Assembly: GCA_964492935.1 (NCBI GenBank)
Contig: CAZBLF010000007.1
Location: 1 to 40,816 of the forward strand
Source of the DNA: an uncultured Methanosarcinales archaeon
Lineage (GTDB): Archaea > Nanobdellota > Nanobdellia > Woesearchaeales > JACPBV01
Reading direction: 5' to 3'
DNA length: 40,816 bases
A program made the position numbers and the translations under genes. Positions within the stretch are counted from its first letter, which is position 1. Every line of letters begins with the position of its first letter. Of the stretch, positions 1 to 7,845 are shown one piece after another. Below the pieces are notes generated by a model. It did no database searches. It worked only from the letters and a program-made list of their open reading frames with translations, and was not told the DNA's origin.

Positions 1-2
1 TT

Positions 3-356
3 GTTCCGAGTGATATTATTATTTCTCCCGGTACCACTGTTACCTGGAAAAACTTAGACAATAAGGCGCACAAAGTTGTAGAATACAAGAGATACTTTTA
101 TGGCGAGCGGATGGAGCTGGGCGATACATACTCGTCTACGTTTGATGAGATTGGCGTGTATACGTACTTTGATGCAAACTTCCCGAAGTTGGGGAAGGGT
201 AAGATTACGGTGCAGAATGAACCGTTGCCGATCACCGGTAATGCTATCTTAATGGATTACAATGAGACTCAGGGTAAGAATGGTGCGATTGTGTTATTGG
301 CAGGATTGTCAATCTTTAGTTTGTGTTCTTATATTAAGAAAAGTGAGAAGAGATAG
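3..356 (+). CDS. Cupredoxin (plastocyanin/azurin-like) fold protein with C-terminal membrane anchor, 5'-truncated by window edge; copper ligands degenerate
   Basis: Frame open from base 3: VPSDIIISPGTTVTWKNLDNKAHKVV...YSSTFDEIGVYTYFDANFPKLGKGKITVQ, typical cupredoxin strands; hydrophobic C-terminal segment. Confidence 0.7.
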   Translation, partial: VPSDIIISPGTTVTWKNLDNKAHKVVEYKRYFYGERMELGDTYSSTFDEIGVYTYFDANFPKLGKGKITVQNEPLPITGNAILMDYNETQGKNGAIVLLAGLSIFSLCSYIKKSEKR

Positions 357-362
357 TTCTTA

Positions 363-1194
363 TTACTTGTATCCTGCTGTTGCTGGTAAACTGATGAGGT
401 TGTAGCCTCCATCGACATTGAGAGTTTGTCCATTAATTGACCCACTTTTTTCGGGATCGGCAAGCATGAGCACATGGGGGGGCTATATCCTCAGGTGATA
501 AGAATTTCCCCTGTGAGATTCCTGTCTTTATCTCGCCTCCTCTTGCTGTGGGAGATCCGTCCTCGTTCTCAAGAAGAGCTCGATTTTGCTCTCCGATAAG
601 GAATCCTACTGCTACATTGTTGACACGTCCAATGTCTATTGCTGCATAGAGGTGAGCTACACTCTTGGTTAGACTTTCGACTGCGGCATATGCGGCTGAA
701 TAGTCCATTACCTTAGAAAGTGGTTGCAACCCGGCCATAGAAGTTATGTTGACTGCACTACCTTGGTAGTCTGCGTCTTTGAGTACTCTTGCAAAATGTT
801 GAAGTGCGAGGTGTTTTGAAAGGTAATTGTTTGCGAACATCGCTTCTGGGACAGACGGATCCATCCCAATAAAGCTGTCTAAATCGGTGACTAATGCTTC
901 AGGAGTATTTCCGCCCGATCCATTCACAATGGCATCGACGCGCCCGAATTTTTCGACGGTTTGATCAAAAATACCACTCACCTCATTGAAATTCGAGGCA
1001 TCTGCATGCATTGAGTCTATCCTAGATATATCCTTTTCAGCAACTTGAGATTGTAGCTCACTTGCTAGTTTTTCTGAAGAATCTCCTCTGCTAACTAAGA
1101 CGACATTTGCTTTTTCGTCGACGAAAGATTGAGCATAGCCGGACGCAATTGCCCCTGCTCCAAAAAGTATGACTGTTTTTCCTTCTAATGACAT
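363..1194 (-). pseudogene. SDR-family oxidoreductase resembling D-mannonate oxidoreductase; +1 frameshift in G7 run at 476-482 (or sequencing error)
   Basis: Rossmann N-terminus, NITSMA, GFLIGEQNRALLENEDGSPTARG. Removing one G restores the SDR end PHVLMLADPEKSGSINGQTLNVDGGYNL...K*, stop at 363-365. Confidence 0.75.
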
Positions 1195-1273
1195 ATCAGT
1201 TTAGATGTGGAAGAGGTATATAATTATTTGTATTGTGTAGAATTAAAATAAAAAAAATAAAAAAAGAAAAGAC

Positions 1274-1498
1274 TTAGCGTCTCTTCATTTTTGCTTGAGC
1301 TACGTGTCCTTGCTTGTCCACATAGTACAGGAAGCCAGATTCTCGCTTGATGCCAGTTTTAGCAACAACTTCCGTCTTCTTCTTGTAGGGCTTGCCTTTT
1401 CTCTTCATGGTAACACGTGATACGTTACCTTTCTTGTCTAAATAGTATAGCCACCCAGCTTCTCTTTTAATTCCTACTTTTTCTACAACTTTTCCCAT
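1274..1498 (-). CDS. Small basic CC1-like chromatin/nucleic-acid-binding protein with internal duplication
   Basis: Two copies of K.GIKRE.G.LYY.DK.G.V....MKR; Lys/Arg rich; SD GAGGGAGG and TATA at 1585-1592 on minus strand. Confidence 0.7.
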   Translation of the reverse strand: MGKVVEKVGIKREAGWLYYLDKKGNVSRVTMKRKGKPYKKKTEVVAKTGIKRESGFLYYVDKQGHVAQAKMKRR

Positions 1499-1674
1499 TT
1501 GAAGTCCCTCCCTCTTACTTAATTAGTTTTAATCCCCCAATCAGATTTCTCCGACGTAAAGATACTTTTTTGGAAATCCGCTGATATATAAATGTTTCTT
1601 TTTTTCGACGGTAGAATTTTCTATTCGACGGTGATAACGGTGGTTTTTTATAGATTCTTGTGCTTCTCTATCTC

Positions 1675-3180
1675 ATGTATGAACTATCTGTGGGTAGGCG
1701 ACCGTTCTTGAAAGGTTCAGCTGCCGTAGTAGGGGCCGGGTTCTTAGATGGTGTTGTGCATGGTGAGGAGGTTGCGTTAAGGAAAACTCCTCTTTTTGTT
1801 CGCTATAGTGGATTGATGGGTCCCGGCGGGGATGCTAACCCTGCGTTGAACGCCCATCTCTATGATGCACTGGCTAGGCAGCTGGCAGAGAAGGGCATCC
1901 ATCTGGTGCCTCATAAAAAGTTGGCAAAAGTAGATGCATTTAATCGGCAGAGCACCTTTAAAGATGATGTGGTTCCCGGTGATGAGCGCATGTCACGTGA
2001 TTTAGTTGGTATCTATAGGTACCTTAACGGTCAGAAGATCGCTGTTTTGTCGAAGTATACTGATTTTTCTGAAGATACTGCTCGATCATCAGGCCAATAT
2101 GCTCTTGCTTCCTATGGCGAGAATATGCAGGATGTTGCTGGTGCTCTTGTTGAGCAGGGAGCTGGATTGTCGCTGCTTGAGCAGGTCGAGAGAGGGATTG
2201 GAGTTACCTCATTAGATCTTATTTTGAATGAGAACAATAATAAGATTACTGCTTCGGAGATGGACGGTACACCTCTCTTTTCGTTTGATGCGATGGAGGT
2301 TGATAATCCTGTTTTGCAGGATGGGGAGATGGTGAGAGATAATGGTCGCATTGTCACTGAAAAGGCCAATGGACTGCAACTTGGAAAATATACTGCTTTC
2401 GCTGAAAGTGGTCATGATGGTGCCGCATATGTCTTTGTGACGGCTCGCGAGAAAAGGGCTGGCGTGGAAAAGGATTGGGTGGTATGGGGCACAAATGTTG
2501 CTGAAGGTTATTCCAGAATTAGTAGAGGCCTTAATGAAACTGATTTCAAGAATCAATCGATGGTGGTGTTTGAGGATGTGGACAAAACGCCGAAGGTTGC
2601 GGTGATGGCGAAGGATCGGCATCGCAGCTATACGAGTGTTGCGGTGTTTGACATGGCAACGGGTGCGTTGCAATATAACTATCGTCATCTTGGAGGTCAT
2701 TTGCAGTTTTTAGCAGTAACACCTGATCCTGTCAATTTATTCGGAGCGGAGCGTAAGGTTATTTTGGCAGGTGGTCGGCGCAACATTCGAGGAGGATATT
2801 CTCCTGCACTCATGGTACTCGGAACTGGTATTGATGATCCGTTGCCGAAAGGACCTACTGATGTGTTTCCCCATTCTCTTGAAGGGTACTTCAGACAAAA
2901 AAAGTTAGTTGATAATATTGCTTCCGAGCGAGAAATTGAACTGGGCTACTATGCGTTTCCTGAACATGGGAATCGAGGATTGCGTTCGTTGTTGATTACT
3001 TCCAAAAAGGGTGATCGTAATCGTGTCCACGTTACGTCGCAACCGAGAAAGGGGGAAGGCGATGAGGCTGATCCTAGTATCCATTTCCCTATTGAATCCT
3101 TAACACTAAGGAAAGGTGATGCTCGATTTGGTAAGCTTGATGATAAGGTTGCTCCCGAAGCAATAGTCAAGGGTCTGTAG
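1675..3180 (+). CDS. Secreted hypothetical protein with twin-arginine-like signal; beta-rich C-terminal half
   Basis: Long ORF; ATG 1675 gives MYELSVGRRPFLKGSAAVVGAG (RR-x-FLK). Confidence 0.65.
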   Translation: MYELSVGRRPFLKGSAAVVGAGFLDGVVHGEEVALRKTPLFVRYSGLMGPGGDANPALNAHLYDALARQLAEKGIHLVPHKKLAKVDAFNRQSTFKDDVVPGDERMSRDLVGIYRYLNGQKIAVLSKYTDFSEDTARSSGQYALASYGENMQDVAGALVEQGAGLSLLEQVERGIGVTSLDLILNENNNKITASEMDGTPLFSFDAMEVDNPVLQDGEMVRDNGRIVTEKANGLQLGKYTAFAESGHDGAAYVFVTAREKRAGVEKDWVVWGTNVAEGYSRISRGLNETDFKNQSMVVFEDVDKTPKVAVMAKDRHRSYTSVAVFDMATGALQYNYRHLGGHLQFLAVTPDPVNLFGAERKVILAGGRRNIRGGYSPALMVLGTGIDDPLPKGPTDVFPHSLEGYFRQKKLVDNIASEREIELGYYAFPEHGNRGLRSLLITSKKGDRNRVHVTSQPRKGEGDEADPSIHFPIESLTLRKGDARFGKLDDKVAPEAIVKGL

Positions 3181-3193
3181 AAAGGTTAATATA
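3180..3193 (+). promoter_or_regulatory. BRE/TATA promoter for polycysteine micro-ORF
   Basis: GAAAGG-TTAATATA ending 22 nt before ATG 3216, the spacing seen at other leaderless genes here (e.g. 8242-8249 to 8272). Confidence 0.55.
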
Positions 3194-3215
3194 GGCAGAG
3201 ATACTCTTCTTCGGT

Positions 3216-3242
3216 ATGGCAAGCGTTTGTTGTTGTTGCTAA
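3216..3242 (+). CDS. Putative leaderless cysteine-rich leader peptide MASVCCCC
   Basis: ATG GCA AGC GTT TGT TGT TGT TGC TAA, directly upstream of tRNA-Cys, cysE and cysS. Confidence 0.55.
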   Translation: MASVCCCC

Positions 3243-3274
3243 TTTTCTCATTGATTTAGTTTATACTATGGTAA

Positions 3275-3290
3275 CGAAAAACTATTTAAA
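3275..3290 (+). promoter_or_regulatory. BRE/TATA promoter of tRNA-Cys
   Basis: CGAAAAAC-TATTTAAA ending 25 nt before the mature tRNA 5' end. Confidence 0.6.
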
Positions 3291-3315
3291 GCATATAGAA
3301 GACACTTATAGAAGC

Positions 3316-3388
3316 GCGGGGGTGCCCAAGCCGTTAAGGGGACCGGCTGCAACCCGGTTATTCAGGGGTTCAAATCCCTTCCCCCGCT
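3316..3388 (+). tRNA. tRNA-Cys (GCA), intronless, CCA not encoded
   Basis: Acceptor GCGGGGG/CCCCCGC, anticodon arm ACCGG-CTGCAAC-CCGGT, T arm AGGGG-TTCAAAT-CCCTT, U73 discriminator. Confidence 0.95.
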
Positions 3389-3413
3389 TCATTTTCTTTA
3401 GAGGTACTTCCAG

Positions 3414-3494
3414 TCCATTTTACAATGCTGAGGCACGGCCGTATCATGAGCAAGCTCATCGGCCTCAATGGGCGTCAGCATTGTCAGAGGTGGA
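3414..3494 (+). promoter_or_regulatory. Structured cysE 5' leader: nested hairpin that can pair over the SD
   Basis: ACAATGCTGA 3422-3431/TCAGCATTGT 3475-3484; GGCCG/CGGCC; ATGAG/CTCAT; TCCATTT 3414-3420 can pair with AGGTGGA 3488-3494. Confidence 0.55.
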
Positions 3495-3497
3495 GTT

Positions 3498-4106
3498 GTG
3501 AAGATAGTAGAGGATGTGAGGGCAATCTATCGGAATGATCCGGCAGCTAAGAATATTGAGTTTTTATTGTATCCATGCTTTCACATGTTGTTGGTGCATC
3601 GTTTTGTGAATCATCCGTTGTATGTTGTGGGAGTTCCGTTTATTCCTCGTTTGTTTTCGCAGGTGATGCGATTCTTGACGGGTATTGAGATGCATCCTGG
3701 CGCGCGGATTGGTGGGGGCTTTTTTATTGATCATGGGATGGGTGTGGTGATTGGTGAGACTACTCGGATTGGAAAGAACTGTGTATTGTTTCATAACTGT
3801 ACGTTAGGGGGGACGGGGCATGTTGCTGATAAAAGAAGGCATCCTCGGTTAGGAGATAATGTGTTGATGGGAACAGGAGCTACGTTATTGGGTCCTATAC
3901 GTGTTGGAAGTGGTGCTAAGATTGGGGCTGAGGCGGTCGTTATTAATCGTGATGTTCCTGGTGATTGTTCGGTTGTAGGTGCTCCAGGCAAGATTGTTCG
4001 TGAGCATGGTAAGTTAGTTGATAAAGCGTTACCGGTTGCTTCGTATTGGAAAAAACATGAAGGCGATGCTGATCTTATTGTGGGTCAGGAGAATGTTAGT
4101 AATTAG
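3498..4106 (+). CDS. cysE: Serine O-acetyltransferase
   Basis: NDPAA, TGIEMHPGARIG, IDHGMGVVIGET, TLGGTG, RHP hexapeptide-repeat motifs; GTG 3498 preceded by GAGGTGGAG. Confidence 0.9.
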   Translation: MKIVEDVRAIYRNDPAAKNIEFLLYPCFHMLLVHRFVNHPLYVVGVPFIPRLFSQVMRFLTGIEMHPGARIGGGFFIDHGMGVVIGETTRIGKNCVLFHNCTLGGTGHVADKRRHPRLGDNVLMGTGATLLGPIRVGSGAKIGAEAVVINRDVPGDCSVVGAPGKIVREHGKLVDKALPVASYWKKHEGDADLIVGQENVSN

Positions 4107-4113
4107 GGAGAGA

Positions 4114-4397
4114 TTATCTTGCATACGCTCGTCTGAAAAAAAGAGGTAGGCTCGGCGATAGATCTGTTGCGTTTGCTCTTGCTTTTTCTAATTGAGTTGT
4201 CGCACTCATCTGAACTGAGCGGTAAGCCTCACCAAAAGCATCATCCCAGGGAACTCCCTCTGCTAGGAGACGAGTGCTGTTTCTCTATACTTTGGAAGGA
4301 GTGCATTTGCTACACCTTCAAGTACTGCAGCGTCCTCCTTCGTTGGATTTTTTGGAGGGAGTAGTTCTATGTCACTTGGACCATATTGCTCATACAT
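4114..4397 (-). pseudogene. Small orphan gene (~94 aa) interrupted by a 1-nt deletion near 4270
   Basis: ATG 4397 MYEQYGPSDIELL...RETAL stops at TAG; the adjacent frame continues LLAEGVPWDDAFGEAYR...RAYAR* to 4114; TATA-like CTTATAAT upstream. Confidence 0.45.
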
Positions 4398-4574
4398 ATC
4401 TTTAGAATCTCATTTCTATTATAAGGCTATCTTTTATGTCCCTACAAGGTAGTTAATATTTGGGAGCAAAAAAGAACTTTTCACTATCGTGGTTATTGAG
4501 CACATATCCGTTCCACTCGCGAGATACTGGAGTGGAAGCAAATATTTTTATAAGGTAGGGGTATCGTAGGAGCT

Positions 4575-5963
4575 ATGCTCAAGATTTATAATACGTTGAC
4601 TCGGAAGATGTCTGCTTTCAAGCCGATTGATGCTGGTAAGGTAAAGATGTACTCGTGTGGACCTACAGTCTATGATTTTGCTCATATTGGGAATTTTAGG
4701 GCCTATATTGTTGCAGATTTGTTGAAACGGGTATTGAAGTATGATGGTTTGAAGGTTAAACATGTGATGAACCTGACTGATGTTGATGATAAGACGATTA
4801 AGGGGAGTATAGAGAAAAAACAGAGTTTGAAGAAATTTACTTCTGGTTATAGTAAGGCATTTTTTGAGGATATGGACGCTCTTCGTATTTTGGAGGCGGA
4901 TGTGTATCCGAAAGCGACTGAACATATTGATGAGATGGTTTCACTTGTTAAGGATCTTGAGAAAAATAGTTTTGCGTATCAGTCGGATGATGGTAGTTGG
5001 TATTATTCGATTGCTGAGAAAAAGGATTACGGTAAATTAGGCCACATTTCTTTTGATGATTTGGAGGCTACTGAAAGAGTGAAGAAAGATTCATACGCTA
5101 AGGAACAGGCGCAGGACTTTGCATTGTGGAAGGCATACGATGCGGAGGATGGGGATGTTTCTTGGTCGACTTCATTAGGTAAAGGTAGACCGGGCTGGCA
5201 CATTGAGTGTTCGGCTATGTCGATGAAGCATTTGGGCAAGCATTTTGATATTCATACAGGCGGCATTGATTTAGTATTTCCGCACCACGAGAATGAGGTT
5301 GCGCAATCGGAAGGTGTAACTGGGAAGCCATTTGTTAATTACTGGGTCCACAACGAGCATTTGCTGGTTGATGGTAGAAAGATGTCGAAATCGATGGGAA
5401 ATTTTCATACTTTAAGGGATTTATTTGAGAAGGGCTATGATGCTCGGGCGATTCGTTATCTTTTGTTAAGTGTTCATTATCGGCAGCAGCTGAATTTTAC
5501 TCTTGAGAGTTTGGAGGCGGCGCAGGCTGCGGTTGAAAGACTGAATAACTTTCTGTTTGTGATGAAGAATGTTTCTGGTTCGGTTGATGATAAGAAGGTT
5601 GCTGGCTTACTTTCGAAGGCGGAAAAGGACTTTACGAAGCATTTGGACGATGATTTAGGAATTGCTGAAGCTTTAGGGGTTGTGTTTGTATTGATGACTG
5701 AGGTCAATAAGTTGCAGTTATCTACTAAAGATGCTGCTGCAGTTACTAAGCAGATGTTGCGTTTTGATGAGATCTTAGGTGTGATGGAGATTAAGGAAGA
5801 TAATGTTACTAAAGCTATCGAAAAGCTTATCAAGGAGAGAGAAGATGCACGTACTAGCAAAGATTGGAAGACTGCGGACAAGATTAGAGATGAACTCCAG
5901 GAAAAGGGTATTGAATTGATCGATACGGCTGACGGAGTTCGGTGGAAAAAACATGAGACGTGA
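4575..5963 (+). CDS. cysS: Cysteinyl-tRNA synthetase
   Basis: CGPTVY, HIGN, GRPGWHIECS, DLVFPHHENE, KMSKS. Confidence 0.97.
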   Translation: MLKIYNTLTRKMSAFKPIDAGKVKMYSCGPTVYDFAHIGNFRAYIVADLLKRVLKYDGLKVKHVMNLTDVDDKTIKGSIEKKQSLKKFTSGYSKAFFEDMDALRILEADVYPKATEHIDEMVSLVKDLEKNSFAYQSDDGSWYYSIAEKKDYGKLGHISFDDLEATERVKKDSYAKEQAQDFALWKAYDAEDGDVSWSTSLGKGRPGWHIECSAMSMKHLGKHFDIHTGGIDLVFPHHENEVAQSEGVTGKPFVNYWVHNEHLLVDGRKMSKSMGNFHTLRDLFEKGYDARAIRYLLLSVHYRQQLNFTLESLEAAQAAVERLNNFLFVMKNVSGSVDDKKVAGLLSKAEKDFTKHLDDDLGIAEALGVVFVLMTEVNKLQLSTKDAAAVTKQMLRFDEILGVMEIKEDNVTKAIEKLIKEREDARTSKDWKTADKIRDELQEKGIELIDTADGVRWKKHET

Positions 5964-6522
5964 TGAGAAAAAGTCGAAAGCTGGAATGTTTATGGTTATT
6001 TTTATTTCCTTTATTATGATAACTTCGATTATTGGATTTATTGGTGGTGATGGAGGCGGTGGCACTGCACGATTAGGCGATCAGAAATTTAAGGCGCGCG
6101 GTCAGTTTTGGACGACTTCGGTGGATGGTAGTACTTATACCTTCGATAATCATCCTGAGACGATTGCCGGAGTTGAAATGAGTGCTGAGGCTGAATCTTT
6201 GCTGTATAGAAAGCCGCAGATCGATTTTACTTCTACAGAGAATAGCAGCTTTGCAGAATCTATTGCGTTGGCTGAATATAATTTAGGATTGAATCTACAG
6301 AATACTGCTTATCTTCGGATTGGATTTGTTGCTAATAATTCGTTTGGTTTTCCTGTAATAACGTGTGCTGATGCTACGGCTGCAGTACCCGTTGTTGCAT
6401 TTGTTGATGGGAATAGCTCAAGTTTATCGTTAGTGGATAACTGTATTGTTGCTACGGTGCGTTATAACGGAGATGTGCATTTGGTGAAAGATAGAATATT
6501 ATTCGCGATTATAGGTATTTAA
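5953..6522 (+). CDS. Membrane-anchored hypothetical protein (paralog of next gene)
   Basis: N-terminal TM; PVITC...DNCIV motif shared with 6524-7267; overlaps cysS stop. Confidence 0.75.
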   Translation: MRRDEKKSKAGMFMVIFISFIMITSIIGFIGGDGGGGTARLGDQKFKARGQFWTTSVDGSTYTFDNHPETIAGVEMSAEAESLLYRKPQIDFTSTENSSFAESIALAEYNLGLNLQNTAYLRIGFVANNSFGFPVITCADATAAVPVVAFVDGNSSSLSLVDNCIVATVRYNGDVHLVKDRILFAIIGI

Positions 6523-6523
6523 G

Positions 6524-7267
6524 ATGGAAAAAGAAAAAGGTGTAGGAGAGGGTGCGTTGCACGTGGAAGGCAGTGTTACTGAGGAGAAGATTGAGGAGGC
6601 TGAAAAGATTCCTGAGGATCCCAAGTTTAGATCTGATTTTGTGATGATTGCGGTTGTTGTTGCTATTGTTGTTGCTTTAGCGGTGTTATTTGGATCGCAA
6701 TACTTTATTGATGATACTCCAAAGACGATTGATGATATGCATGCATTGAACCAAGAGGGAAAGTTGAAGGAGGATGGAGATTTTTTCAATGGCTTTTCGT
6801 TTGTGTATGTGGATGGATTATGGTATACGCAGGTTGCTTCTGGAGATGGAAGTGTGTTATTTGATGTTCCCTTTCACAATTTACCCAGTCAGGTTGCTCA
6901 AGTTCCTGTATCTGGTGAATTAGATTCTGTTACTTTTGACTCGGCGGATGAGATCTACGTTACGTTTGATCCTCTCGGTACGGAATTACAGTATGTTGCT
7001 TTGGCTGTTGGTAAGTTTGACCAGACGATGTTGAAAGCGTACAACAAGATTCCTGTAGCTGCATGCGATCGGAATGAAACGAATGCCTGTGCGGATCGTC
7101 CGATTGTGACGTGTAATAGTACCTCAGAAGCCGTTATGGCCATTCAGTATGCTGATTCGGCGGCTGTGGCGTACGAAGATAATTGTATTATGGTACGCGG
7201 TAGTGGTCCGGCTTTGGTTCGTTCGATGGAAAGACTCTTGTACTCATTATATGGTATTATCGCATGA
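6524..7267 (+). CDS. Membrane-anchored hypothetical protein (paralog of previous gene)
   Basis: Single TM; PIVTC...DNCIM motif; operonic spacing. Confidence 0.75.
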   Translation: MEKEKGVGEGALHVEGSVTEEKIEEAEKIPEDPKFRSDFVMIAVVVAIVVALAVLFGSQYFIDDTPKTIDDMHALNQEGKLKEDGDFFNGFSFVYVDGLWYTQVASGDGSVLFDVPFHNLPSQVAQVPVSGELDSVTFDSADEIYVTFDPLGTELQYVALAVGKFDQTMLKAYNKIPVAACDRNETNACADRPIVTCNSTSEAVMAIQYADSAAVAYEDNCIMVRGSGPALVRSMERLLYSLYGIIA

Positions 7268-7845
7268 CTGATCACTATTTTTCTAAACACCCTACTTCAT
7301 TTGAGAGAGTGACTCCGTTGATTTGTATGTTGCGCGGACAGCGTTTAGAGTTTTCTACTGCTTCTGGTATGTTCTCGATTGGGAAGGTGGATCGTGGTAG
7401 TCGAGTGTTGATTGAGGATAGTGAAATAAAAGGTGGAATGAAGGTGCTTGACTATGGATGTGGATGGGGTGTTGTGGGCATTGCCATCGCGAAGGCGTTT
7501 CTTAAGTGTAGCGTGGAGATGATTGATGTTAATGAGCGGGCGTTGAAACATGCCAAGATGAATATTCGAAAGAATAGGGTTTCGAATTGTTCTGTTGTTA
7601 AAGCTGCAACTGGTTCTTATGATACTATTTTATTTAATCCCCCTCAGAAGATTGGGAAGCAGGGTTGTTTTGATTTGATCACTGATTGTTATTCTTTGTT
7701 AAAGAAAGGCGGATCATTGCAATTGGTTGCTCGCCATAATAAGGGCGGAAAGGTGTTGCGTCAGTTTATGGAAGAATTGTTTGGAAATGTTAGTGATTTG
7801 ACGAAATCGGGCGGGTTTCGGATTTATTTTAGTACTAAGTCATAG
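7264..7845 (+). CDS. Class I SAM-dependent methyltransferase, MTS/RsmC-like
   Basis: HYFS start, FS...VDRGS, LDYGCGWG, DVNERA, NPP motif. Confidence 0.85.
   Translation: MTDHYFSKHPTSFERVTPLICMLRGQRLEFSTASGMFSIGKVDRGSRVLIEDSEIKGGMKVLDYGCGWGVVGIAIAKAFLKCSVEMIDVNERALKHAKMNIRKNRVSNCSVVKAATGSYDTILFNPPQKIGKQGCFDLITDCYSLLKKGGSLQLVARHNKGGKVLRQFMEELFGNVSDLTKSGGFRIYFSTKS

Noticed and set aside
3400..3500. Canonical T-box or hammerhead in the cysE leader
   Set aside because: No stem I with AG box/specifier loop and no ACC after UGGN. Minus-strand CCGAUGAG...AUGAUAC lacks the CUGANGA/GAAA core.
3268..3501. 77-aa ORF from the track
   Set aside because: Runs through the tRNA-Cys gene and its promoter; no protein-like features.
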